Virus record (IMG/VR): IMGVR_UViG_3300021091_002229 | Location: 1,680-65,679 of that record | DNA length: 64,000 nt | DNA from: a virus | Taxonomy: Duplodnaviria > Caudoviricetes | Strand: one strand, 5' to 3' | Part shown: positions 40,515 to 49,455 of the stretch, one piece after another | How positions within the stretch are numbered: the first letter of the stretch is position 1 | How the letters are laid out: each line of letters begins with the position of its first letter | Position numbers and translations under genes: made by a program | Notes under the pieces: generated by a model | What the model saw: only the letters and a program-made list of their open reading frames with translations | Database searches by the model: none | What the model was told of the DNA's origin: nothing

Positions 40515-40518
40515 ACAC

Positions 40519-40526
40519 TATTTATA
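40519..40526 (+). promoter_or_regulatory. TATTTATA motif (candidate late promoter); also at 2259, 43724, 48664, with variants at 28876, 58949 (TACTTATA), 57160 and 63970
   Basis: Recurs in short intergenic gaps upstream of mainly structural gene starts. Confidence 0.55.
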
Positions 40527-40532
40527 ATAGAT

Positions 40533-41108
40533 ATGAGTTTGTACATACCAGAGGATTGTAATAAAATTCACCTTCTTTTTTCAGGAGGTGCCGATAGCAC
40601 AATACTCTTGTATTTGTTGTTGTTGGAACAACAAAAAAAGCCAGAGTTAGAAATTAAGTGTTATGGACTAATGATGGCCAAGCCAACCACAAAATTTTCT
40701 AGATGTGTAAGTATTTTAAATGTATTAGAACATCAGTTTGAAAACAAAATACCCTTTAAAAACTTCGATAAAAAATTTATTCTTAGAGAATTTGCAGAAT
40801 TAATATTATCGGTTGAACCTGGTTATGTGTTTTCTGGTTGTAATAAAGTATTGGGTTTTCTAGAACCAACAAATTATATTGAGGGGGATACTCCACCCGT
40901 CCGCGGAGAACCTTTCAATAAGTTTCATATACGACCATTTATAAACATGGATAAGGCAGAAATAATATCTTACTACATCCAACATAATGTATTGAACTTG
41001 TTGAATATGACACATTCGTGTGGGTATGATATGGAAACGCCTTGTGGTGGTTGTTATTTTTGTTTAGAACGGAAATGGGGACTACACAAATGTGGTCTAA
41101 ATATTTAA
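40533..41108 (+). CDS. QueC-like PP-loop ATPase
   Basis: LLFSGGADST; RPFINMDKAEI; THSC...PCGGCYFCLER zinc motif. Confidence 0.75.
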   Translation: MSLYIPEDCNKIHLLFSGGADSTILLYLLLLEQQKKPELEIKCYGLMMAKPTTKFSRCVSILNVLEHQFENKIPFKNFDKKFILREFAELILSVEPGYVFSGCNKVLGFLEPTNYIEGDTPPVRGEPFNKFHIRPFINMDKAEIISYYIQHNVLNLLNMTHSCGYDMETPCGGCYFCLERKWGLHKCGLNI

Positions 41109-41127
41109 ATTTTTCAGAGGAAACTCT

Positions 41128-42636
41128 ATGGCAAAGTATGTAATATCTTATGATAAAAATGTAGATTTTTCAACATTACAATCTTCGTTAACAACTTCTG
41201 GTTGTACAATCGTTGATGTATTTGAATCATTAGGTGCGTTGACCGTAGAAGCATCAAATACAGATTTTTCATCAGTATCGGGTGTATTGGATTATGAAAT
41301 AGAATCTCAAATAACTGTAAATGCTCAATGGCACTTAAACAGAATTTGTAGCGAAACCTTACCTATGCGTAAGATTTACCTTTCACGCAACAAAGGATTA
41401 GGAAGTACGGTATATCTGGTGGATTCTGGAGTAGATGCTACGCACCCAGAACTTTCCAACGCAGACATTCAAAATTTATGGAGTTGGAATGGAGATTTTA
41501 CAGACACCAATGGCCACGGAACTGGGTTGGCAAGTATTTTGGTTGGTACAAATTTAGGTGTATCTACCCAAACAACTTTAAAAAGTGTAAAAATTCCTCT
41601 AGGTCAATCGATACCTGTATCAATATTATTGAATGCATTTAATGTTATACTAAATGACCATTTATTAACATCTGGCCTTAAGGTTGTTAATTGTTCGTGG
41701 ACTATTCCAAAGAGTTTAATTTTAGATAATAAAATCACAGAATTACAACAACAGGGACTAGTTGTGGTTGCGGCGGCAGGTAATGAAATAGCAGAAGCTA
41801 ATACATTATCTCCTGTTGGATTAAATACTGTACTTGGTGTTGCTGCATCAGATGCATATGATAGAGTTATTTCGTGGGCAACTGGCGTTGGTAGTAACTG
41901 GGGTCCCGACGTAGATATTACCGCACCAGGAATCGATATAGAATTGGCTAAACTAGATGGTACTACTGAAGTAAAGTCGGGTACATCTATTGCTGCAGCG
42001 GTTGTCGCTGGGGCAGCATGCCAGTACATAGTAGATAATCCGTCCGTAACATCGTCTGCGGTTATACGAGATATGATACTTACTGATGCAAAAGAAGATA
42101 TGTTATTTAGAAATGAAAGTATTTATGGAACTACTCCTAATAGATTATTACATATTCCATTTACTGATTTGATTATTTCTCCAACAAAAGAAGATAGAAT
42201 TATTTATGTACAAAAAGGAACTACAGTAACACTTCCACTAGAGTTATCACCGATTGTGGGCTCATTAAACATTGATGATGTTGTTGCTGGCGCATCACGA
42301 AGAACAGCACCATCTTGGGTAACCCTAACAGATAATACTTTAACAGTATCTCCCCCAGCAACCATAGAAGATTCTGGCATTTATGTATTGGAAATAGATA
42401 TTTTAAATGATAGCAATGTTTCTATTGGATACACACAGATTATGATAAAGGTATATCAATCGTCTATAGAAGAATTAGACGGCAGAGACATATATTTTTA
42501 TCACAAAATAGACGAAAACGAAAATGTGGTTGTACTACAATCATTCTGCGGAGGATTCTGCACCAATAATACCACCTGTGTTAATTCCGGTGGGAAGAAC
42601 TGTGGATGTGCTGGTTATGGTTGTGCATCAGACTAA
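41128..42636 (+). CDS. Subtilisin-like S8 serine protease with prodomain, Ig-like domain and Cys-rich tail
   Basis: VDSG (Asp), NGHGT (His), AAAGN, APG, SGTSIAA (Ser): intact triad; terminal six-Cys segment. Confidence 0.9.
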   Translation: MAKYVISYDKNVDFSTLQSSLTTSGCTIVDVFESLGALTVEASNTDFSSVSGVLDYEIESQITVNAQWHLNRICSETLPMRKIYLSRNKGLGSTVYLVDSGVDATHPELSNADIQNLWSWNGDFTDTNGHGTGLASILVGTNLGVSTQTTLKSVKIPLGQSIPVSILLNAFNVILNDHLLTSGLKVVNCSWTIPKSLILDNKITELQQQGLVVVAAAGNEIAEANTLSPVGLNTVLGVAASDAYDRVISWATGVGSNWGPDVDITAPGIDIELAKLDGTTEVKSGTSIAAAVVAGAACQYIVDNPSVTSSAVIRDMILTDAKEDMLFRNESIYGTTPNRLLHIPFTDLIISPTKEDRIIYVQKGTTVTLPLELSPIVGSLNIDDVVAGASRRTAPSWVTLTDNTLTVSPPATIEDSGIYVLEIDILNDSNVSIGYTQIMIKVYQSSIEELDGRDIYFYHKIDENENVVVLQSFCGGFCTNNTTCVNSGGKNCGCAGYGCASD

Positions 42637-42648
42637 TACACAATTTTT

Positions 42649-43335
42649 ATGGTTTTGACATCGTTACATGATAGTAAACAATATTTTTGGATAAAGGTTC
42701 CTCGAACCGCAACACAAGCATTTAGTAAGTTTTTTACTAAATATGTTCCAAAAGAACCAGGAATTCCTGATGACATACATAGACATTTTTCTTATTTGGA
42801 ATTGCAAGAACTATATAATCAAAAATTACCAGCGATTAGTGTAGTTCGTCACCCTGTGTCAAGATTCAAGTCTATTATATATTATCTTGCGGAGAGACAC
42901 TCTAATACACAATCTAGTGCAAAGTTATTATGGGAATCTACTGAAAGTTGTGTGAATTTTTTAAACACTGTGTTTGACCGCAATTGTGAACTTAAAGGAG
43001 CATCGATTCCTAGTATTTTTCTAGATACAGATGTTACTGAATTTATACCTATACGAAATTTTATAAACGCAACAGCTTCTTTTTTTAGAACTCAAGCAGA
43101 ATATGCATATCATCCAAAAGTTAAAATATTTCATTACGAAAGGTTGAATGAGTTTATCGAGTGGATAGATACATCATTGGGATATGATACAAGTAGAATA
43201 TATAGATTTAATGCTAGTGTAGAAAGCACCCAGATAAATGTAGACTTTACTCACCCAGAATTTGTAAAAACAATAGAAAACTTATATTATATCGATTATA
43301 AAGTTTTTGGTTATCCGTTGCGGTATCTATTATGA
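42649..43335 (+). CDS. Sulfotransferase family 2 (carbohydrate sulfotransferase-like)
   Basis: IKVPRTATQ (5'-PSB), VRHPVSRFKS (3'-PB), Y..DY..FGY. Confidence 0.78.
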   Translation: MVLTSLHDSKQYFWIKVPRTATQAFSKFFTKYVPKEPGIPDDIHRHFSYLELQELYNQKLPAISVVRHPVSRFKSIIYYLAERHSNTQSSAKLLWESTESCVNFLNTVFDRNCELKGASIPSIFLDTDVTEFIPIRNFINATASFFRTQAEYAYHPKVKIFHYERLNEFIEWIDTSLGYDTSRIYRFNASVESTQINVDFTHPEFVKTIENLYYIDYKVFGYPLRYLL

Positions 43336-43571
43336 ACATTCCAAATATATCTGAAATAGTTGTAGCTTGGCACCGAGCAAGAAAGCCAACACCAGAACAA
43401 AAAGAAATCGCAGAGTATCGGGCATCTGTTTGTGATGCTTGTGAGTTTAAAGAATTTAAAACTCTGGTTAGGACATATACTTGTAGAGCATGTGGGTGCC
43501 CTATATCAAAAAAAGTTTATAGTCCATTATCTGGATTGAAAGCATGTCCTAAATCAAAATGGGAACGATAA
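43332..43571 (+). CDS. Small Cys-rich putative metal-binding protein
   Basis: R..VCDAC...CRACGC...CPKSKW. Confidence 0.7.
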   Translation: MNIPNISEIVVAWHRARKPTPEQKEIAEYRASVCDACEFKEFKTLVRTYTCRACGCPISKKVYSPLSGLKACPKSKWER

Positions 43572-43753
43572 TATGAAACAAACACGGTAACATATACACA
43601 TAAGCCATTACGGAATCAACTGATAATATTTGATTCTTTAAATAGCTTAGGTATTGACCACAAAATAACAGAAGTTAAAGATTGGTATAGGTATGTATAT
43701 AGAGTTTATTTTAATCGATAAGATATTTATATTAGTACTTTAAAGGATTACTT

Positions 43754-45187
43754 ATGGGATTTATAAACCAATTTTCACGTAATATAAATAAACGGACAGA
43801 AACCGTCATCTCAAAGGATGCGGTATCGGGTAATATCGCAAGTTCCTCATTACAAACTATGGGTGGGGCATTTGTGTTACTAGACGCCAAGGTATCCACA
43901 AATCCACCAGTACGACTAAGACTATATACAGACTCATCCAGTATGGTTATAGATGCTAACCGTGCAGCGGGAAATTTTAATCTCTCCCAATCGGTAGGAT
44001 TAATTGCAGATATCAACCTCACAACTACAGAAAAATTAGTATTTGCACCGCCGGTAATTGGACACACTTATGCTGGTGGGTTGGTTTGGTATAATTTGAG
44101 TGGGTCGGGTTTACAGAATGTTACCCTCACTACCTACGCTTTAAGTGATGTTGGGGACAGTCAAGAAAACAAACAAGCCATTAATATTAGCGGGTCACAA
44201 GTATTGGTCACTAGTGGGTCAATATATGGGGTTAGTGGAAGTATTACCACTCCGAAGAGCTATGTAATTTTAAAGGCAAGGGGTACTTTTAACTTCAACG
44301 TAGACCAACAATGGGAACGTGGACTCTCATCGGTTGATAATGATGGCTGGGAATTCTGGCAAACTAGTTCTCTTACTGGTGAACTACATTCAACCGTAGA
44401 CCCAACCAAAGTAACTCAACAATTTCCAGAAATTCCAGTTGGGTCTACTTTATATGCTGCAAAGATTGCTACAAGAACAGGAACATTTTGGAAAGATGGT
44501 AATTTTTACTACCTACCAGTAGACGTAGGGAATGTGTACAGAATTTCTGGTTGGGTGTATGGTACTCACGATGGTACCGCAAATGATACACTATTCCAAA
44601 ACAGTGCTATTGGATTTTTTGCAATAGGTGCAGACAGTGGTGGTAATTTACTACCAGATTACATAACAGCAACTGCAATGCCTTCTGCAAGTTGGCAATA
44701 TGTTTCCCAAGACTTTAATGTTGCAGCAGGTACCTCGTCTATACTAATTGGCACATTTATGAATGGACCATACCCAGCTGGATATGGATTCGGCGCACCG
44801 GTATGTGAAGCCGCATATAATTTAGACCCAATAGCATGTCCTGGATACGCATGGTACACAGGATTTACTGTAGAAAATGTAACCGATTACGCTGCTAGAA
44901 TACGACTATATTCTACTGATATAGCAGATGTACCACTAGCAGAACAAATCAGATCATTCGGAGTTGTTCCAAATTCTGGGTCAAAGCTTATCGCTGATAT
45001 GATGTTTGATTCAGCAAGTTATCAGTATCCGTTAGTTCCTGTATTGGAAGCATATACGTGGGATGACCCTAATTATAGTCCTGGGGTAAATAGAACAAGT
45101 TACATATTAGAAAATTTATCTAATGTAACCACGGTATATTCTGGTTCATTAAATGCAGACCTTACCATTTATAACTTAGAAGATTAA
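43754..45187 (+). CDS. Virion structural protein with internal carbohydrate-binding-like insertion
   Basis: Two R(L/I)RLY..D...R...(L)IAD modules flank an aromatic-rich beta segment; preceded by TATTTATA. Confidence 0.5.
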   Translation: MGFINQFSRNINKRTETVISKDAVSGNIASSSLQTMGGAFVLLDAKVSTNPPVRLRLYTDSSSMVIDANRAAGNFNLSQSVGLIADINLTTTEKLVFAPPVIGHTYAGGLVWYNLSGSGLQNVTLTTYALSDVGDSQENKQAINISGSQVLVTSGSIYGVSGSITTPKSYVILKARGTFNFNVDQQWERGLSSVDNDGWEFWQTSSLTGELHSTVDPTKVTQQFPEIPVGSTLYAAKIATRTGTFWKDGNFYYLPVDVGNVYRISGWVYGTHDGTANDTLFQNSAIGFFAIGADSGGNLLPDYITATAMPSASWQYVSQDFNVAAGTSSILIGTFMNGPYPAGYGFGAPVCEAAYNLDPIACPGYAWYTGFTVENVTDYAARIRLYSTDIADVPLAEQIRSFGVVPNSGSKLIADMMFDSASYQYPLVPVLEAYTWDDPNYSPGVNRTSYILENLSNVTTVYSGSLNADLTIYNLED

Positions 45188-45190
45188 TCT

Positions 45191-45454
45191 ATGCGTTTTT
45201 ATCCATTTGGGTCAAGTTCATTAAATCAGGTATATAATACTTCTCTTGCAACCACGGCGTCATTATCAAGTTATGCACTATCAGCAAGTTACGCCACTCG
45301 TATCACTAGTGCATCGTATGCTACGTCTGGTGTGCCGGGGGCAAATGGTGTAAATGGTAGTTGTAGTTTTGCTGCTGGATTAACTGGAGATATTGGATTG
45401 CAAGGAGTCGGTGGATTAGCTGGTGGTGTATCTTTACCCGTAGGAGTACCATAA
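45191..45454 (+). CDS. Small virion protein with short collagen-like tract
   Basis: MRFYPFG start, ASYA repeats, GVPGANGVNG and GLTGDIGLQG. Confidence 0.55.
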   Translation: MRFYPFGSSSLNQVYNTSLATTASLSSYALSASYATRITSASYATSGVPGANGVNGSCSFAAGLTGDIGLQGVGGLAGGVSLPVGVP

Positions 45455-45455
45455 C

Positions 45456-46013
45456 GTGCAATTTTATCCCAATAATATATCAGTAAATGAAGTAGGATTT
45501 GCTGTAAGTGCGAGTATTGCTCGGTCTGGTTCACTTATTAGAAACTTTGCTGCCGTACCCGTAACCGCTATTTTAGCACTAAACATCACTGGTTCTACTG
45601 GAGCCGCTGGTTCCAATGCAGGCCCGATAGCAGGACCAAAAGGTGCACAAGGGCCAAGAGGAGTAACAGGCCCACGTGGTAATAGTGTATATTTAATATC
45701 AAGTTCGTGGCATGATGCTACTAAGGCTGGCGCATCTTGCGCATCAGCACCAGCAAGTTGTCATGAACATACATTCTATTCATCATACGTGGTGGGTGGA
45801 ATTAGATATTGTGACTTTAGTAGTACAAACATAACAGTCTATAGTACTAACTCTACACTAAGTGCAGGAAGTAGTCCAATGTTCTTTAATAGTGTTTGTA
45901 CCAATCCTGCACTTAATCAAAATCTCGGCGCATACGCACCAGACTCAATAGCATATTCCACAGATGGTAGTGGTACCTTACAGACGTTGGGTGTATGTGA
46001 TGAATCACTATAA
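45456..46013 (+). CDS. Collagen-like, Cys-containing virion protein
   Basis: GTG start, QFYP; GPKGAQGPRGVTGPRG. Confidence 0.6.
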   Translation: MQFYPNNISVNEVGFAVSASIARSGSLIRNFAAVPVTAILALNITGSTGAAGSNAGPIAGPKGAQGPRGVTGPRGNSVYLISSSWHDATKAGASCASAPASCHEHTFYSSYVVGGIRYCDFSSTNITVYSTNSTLSAGSSPMFFNSVCTNPALNQNLGAYAPDSIAYSTDGSGTLQTLGVCDESL

Positions 46014-46024
46014 CATAATTTAAT

Positions 46025-46525
46025 ATGTCATATTATTTTCCTTTTGGTGGTGGTCAAGCAATCACGGTACAAAATATAAGTCACTCGTTGCTTGCAGTAA
46101 CCGCGAGTGCACCGACATCAAATATAATTACAGTTATAACCGCATCTTATGCGGCGGCAAGTGGAAGTACACCCTCCGCTGGATTTGCTGGGTTAAGTGT
46201 AACTTTAGAAATATGCCAAACTTCCGCAAGTGTAAACCCATCACTACTGGTATCTGGGTCTAGTGGGTCACAAGGACCAACAGGATCAAATGGAACAGAC
46301 GTATTAACGTGTCCAGACGGTACGGTTCGCTGTACTAGTTTAGAGCCATCATTGTCTGCCCAGTTTTTTATTGGGGGCGTTCGCGGTGCTAATTACAATG
46401 TTCCGTCTGGGTCACAATATAGTATTGTCTGTATGCAAATCCCAACTACGTGTAGCGCCGCACAAGCATTAGCTGGTTGTCCTAATTCCTTGTATATACC
46501 TACTCCACGACCAAGTATCCCTTGA
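46025..46525 (+). CDS. Small Cys-containing virion protein
   Basis: MSYYFPFG start, TASYA, GSSGSQGPTGSNG, six Cys. Confidence 0.55.
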   Translation: MSYYFPFGGGQAITVQNISHSLLAVTASAPTSNIITVITASYAAASGSTPSAGFAGLSVTLEICQTSASVNPSLLVSGSSGSQGPTGSNGTDVLTCPDGTVRCTSLEPSLSAQFFIGGVRGANYNVPSGSQYSIVCMQIPTTCSAAQALAGCPNSLYIPTPRPSIP

Positions 46526-46550
46526 CAAATAATAAACTATATTTTAAATT
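46522..46550 (+). promoter_or_regulatory. sigma70-type promoter
   Basis: TTGACA(46522)-N17-TAAATT(46545) upstream of 46578. Confidence 0.65.
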
Positions 46551-46577
46551 TAACTAAACTCTAATAAAAGGTAATTT

Positions 46578-46796
46578 ATGACAGAAATGGTTCCAGTACC
46601 TTTAGCACTTCGTCATTTAATTGAAAGTAATAATCAATTACTGAAGATTCATCAAGCAGATTTGACCGCCAAGGTTATGCAAGCAAATGAAGAAATGATG
46701 CGAGTGTTAAATCTAAATCCACAAGAAGGGTGGAGACTAGACATAGAAACGTATTCCTACGTCAAGGTCGAAGATGCTACACCAGTCAGCGAATAA
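46578..46796 (+). CDS. Hypothetical protein
   Basis: 72-aa ORF after the promoter, with AAGG RBS. Confidence 0.6.
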   Translation: MTEMVPVPLALRHLIESNNQLLKIHQADLTAKVMQANEEMMRVLNLNPQEGWRLDIETYSYVKVEDATPVSE

Positions 46797-48663
46797 CGCG
46801 ATACTGACGTTTGGGAAGTTTAGGGGATATTCACTCGCCCACGTATACTATAATAATCGGTCATACCTTACATGGATGACGCAAACAGTCGGAATTCCCG
46901 AGGTCTGGAAAGAAGCGGCGACACTCACCCTTAAATGTGAAGATATCTCGCATTTGAAGATAGCGAGAACTAATAATCCAACCGTCACCAATACACCGCA
47001 AGCATCTACGGATACCGTAGTCACTATTCACCTAAAGGATAGTAAAACTGCGGTTGTTGTCATGCCGTATAACCCCACATTGATGGCGAAGTTCAAGTAC
47101 GAGGTAGATGGTCGGAAGTGGAATGGAGAGGAAAGGTGGTGGGAGTTTCCTGCCGTTCATCTCCCGAAAGCATTTAACGTGTTTGGTGCAACCAATATCA
47201 AGTGTGACGAAAAGGTATTGACTTTACTAGAGAAACTCAAAGACCGCAGAGAAGACCTTGACGAGATTCGGGTTAAAGACGATGTGGAGTTTGATATCAA
47301 GGGAATGAAATTACAACTTTACCCTTATCAGAAAGTGGGCGTCAAGTTCGTGGAACGAGCAGATGGTCGGTGTCTTATTGCCGATGCGCCTGGATTGGGT
47401 AAGACTGCACAAGCTATCGGATTCGCCCAACACAAGAACCTGAAAACCGTTATCGTCTGTCCACTATCAGTAGTAGTAAATTGGAAACGTGAAATCAAAA
47501 AGTTCGCGGGAAAGGATGCCACCATTTGGGACAGTAAGAGTTATGATGGAAAGCTCTCCAATCAGTTTCATATTGTCCACTATGATGCGGTCGGGAAGGT
47601 AGTCACCGATTTACGAAAGCAAGAATTTGATATGCTGGTATGTGATGAGGCAACCTATCTGAAAAACAGACAGACTATCAGAGCAAAGAGTATCTTGGGG
47701 TCATATAAGGAACGCCGAAAGTATCCAGGCATCAAAACTAAATATTGTCTTTTCCTAACAGGTACTCCTGTGATGTCCCGTCCTATAGAAGCGTTTGCTT
47801 TGTTGAATTTCCTTGACAAAGAACGTTTCAATAACTTCTTCCATTTCACCCAACGATACGGTGGATGGAAGGGAGAGGCTCCTCGCAATCTCCAAGACCT
47901 CCACGACCGAACGAAAGATTTGGTTATTCGTCGTAAGAAGGAACAGATTCTTACCGAACTTCCCGCAAAGCAACGAAACGACCTGTATGTAGAACTGACG
48001 AAGGACGAACAGAAACAATATAAGGAACTCTTACGAGAAGTCTTTGGTCGTTGGAAGGTAGAGAAACCCACCATCGGTCACATGCCAAAAATTCAAAGTT
48101 TCTTGATTGAAAAGAAGATTCCACGGTTGGTCGAAATGGTGGACGAGTTCTTAGACAATGACAAACCTATTCTTATTTTCAGTAATTATCTTGCCCCGTT
48201 AAAGTTCTTGGCTGAACAGTACGGAGATAAGGCGGCACTGTTGACGGGTGAAATGAATAGTAAAGAACGGCAACATACGATTGACCGATTGACTAACAGT
48301 GAGGCAAAAGTCGGATTGTTCAGTTTGATGGCAGCCGGCATGGGTATTGACGGACTCCAACACCAGATAGATACCGTGGTATTCTTGAATTGCGATTGGG
48401 TGCCTGCGAATCATGAACAAGCAGAAGACCGTACCCACCGTATCGGTCAAAAGGGACAGGTCCAAGTCTATTATATGTTATGTGCCGATACGATTGACGA
48501 ATATATGCGGGATATCCTCAAAGAGAAACAACAGGTGGCAGACTTGGTGGTGGACGGGGCGTTGGTCACCCCAGAACGCTCGAAGTCCTATTTTAAAGAG
48601 TTTGTGAGTAAAATTAACCAGATTTATACACAGGATATTTCTACTAAAAATATAGACGATTGA
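46774..48663 (+). CDS. SNF2-family helicase with HARP-like domain (SMARCAL1-like)
   Basis: LYPYQ, DAPGLGKT, VCDEAT, LTGTP, QAEDRTHRIGQ; YN..L...K..GRKWN....WEFP HARP-like segment; N-terminal FGKFRG. Confidence 0.9.
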   Translation: MLHQSANNAILTFGKFRGYSLAHVYYNNRSYLTWMTQTVGIPEVWKEAATLTLKCEDISHLKIARTNNPTVTNTPQASTDTVVTIHLKDSKTAVVVMPYNPTLMAKFKYEVDGRKWNGEERWWEFPAVHLPKAFNVFGATNIKCDEKVLTLLEKLKDRREDLDEIRVKDDVEFDIKGMKLQLYPYQKVGVKFVERADGRCLIADAPGLGKTAQAIGFAQHKNLKTVIVCPLSVVVNWKREIKKFAGKDATIWDSKSYDGKLSNQFHIVHYDAVGKVVTDLRKQEFDMLVCDEATYLKNRQTIRAKSILGSYKERRKYPGIKTKYCLFLTGTPVMSRPIEAFALLNFLDKERFNNFFHFTQRYGGWKGEAPRNLQDLHDRTKDLVIRRKKEQILTELPAKQRNDLYVELTKDEQKQYKELLREVFGRWKVEKPTIGHMPKIQSFLIEKKIPRLVEMVDEFLDNDKPILIFSNYLAPLKFLAEQYGDKAALLTGEMNSKERQHTIDRLTNSEAKVGLFSLMAAGMGIDGLQHQIDTVVFLNCDWVPANHEQAEDRTHRIGQKGQVQVYYMLCADTIDEYMRDILKEKQQVADLVVDGALVTPERSKSYFKEFVSKINQIYTQDISTKNIDD

Positions 48664-48705
48664 TATTTATATAAGTGGTAAAACCTAATAGTTTAAGGAG
48701 TTATT

Positions 48706-49455
48706 ATGGCAGAATACAATTTCCCGACAGAAACGATAGACCTCCCAAGTGGTGGGAAGTTCTATCCAGAGGGAAGTCCACTACGAAGTGGCAAAATTGA
48801 TATTAAATATATGACGGCAAAGGAAGAAGATATCCTTACCTCAACGAATTTAATTCAAAAAGGTGTGGTAATTGATAAGTTGATGGAAAGTTTGATTGTT
48901 ACGCCTGGAGTCAAGCCCGATGATTTATTAATTGGGGACTTGAATGCGGTGATGATTGCGGCTCGTATCTTGGCATACGGGAAAGATTATCCCATAGATG
49001 TAGTATGTAATAGTTGCGCTACTAAGTTTTCGCATGTAGTAGACCTTACAGCGTTGGAAACGATTTCACCAGAAACAGCTTCTCAATTGGAATACGCTGT
49101 AACATTACCAACCGGGGTAAAGGTTACATTTAAATTATTAACTCGTTCAGATGAAAAAGAAATTATGAATGAAGTTAATTCTCTAAAAAAATTTAATGGG
49201 TCAGTTGATTCTGAATCAACTACACGCTTAAAATATATTGTAACATCTTTTAATGGTATACGGGATAGTAAAGCTATAAGAGAATTTACAGAAGCAATGA
49301 TTATCCGCGATGTTCGTGCGTTACGTGAAGAATATAAAAAGGTTTCTCCAGATGTGAGTTTTGACCTTAATATATTATGTCCGTCGTGTGATACTACGAT
49401 TAAAGCGAGGATGCCCTTTGGGGCCAACTTTTTTTGGCCTGACCTCGGAGCATAA
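48706..49455 (+). CDS. T4 gp26-like baseplate hub subunit / tail assembly chaperone
   Basis: IDLPSGG.FY, MTAKEEDIL, L.GD...+.AR...YG, two CxxC, terminal NFFWP; upstream of the tape measure gene. Confidence 0.8.
   Translation: MAEYNFPTETIDLPSGGKFYPEGSPLRSGKIDIKYMTAKEEDILTSTNLIQKGVVIDKLMESLIVTPGVKPDDLLIGDLNAVMIAARILAYGKDYPIDVVCNSCATKFSHVVDLTALETISPETASQLEYAVTLPTGVKVTFKLLTRSDEKEIMNEVNSLKKFNGSVDSESTTRLKYIVTSFNGIRDSKAIREFTEAMIIRDVRALREEYKKVSPDVSFDLNILCPSCDTTIKARMPFGANFFWPDLGA

Noticed and set aside
40533-41108. 7-deazaguanine DNA modification pathway
   Set aside because: Only a short QueC-like gene; no folE, queD, queE or dpdA in the window (cannot be excluded elsewhere in the genome)
11797-43335. 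Saxitoxin-like gene cluster (families matching SxtG, SxtI, SxtS, SxtN, SxtO, SxtL are all present)
   Set aside because: No SxtA-like PKS/AONS, cyclase or Rieske oxygenase is visible; these families are generic and the context is NDP-sugar enzymes
4710-43571. Bacterial O-antigen/capsule locus or chimeric assembly
   Set aside because: Flanked on both sides by phage virion genes with shared promoter motifs; no wzx, wzy, wzz or ABC export genes
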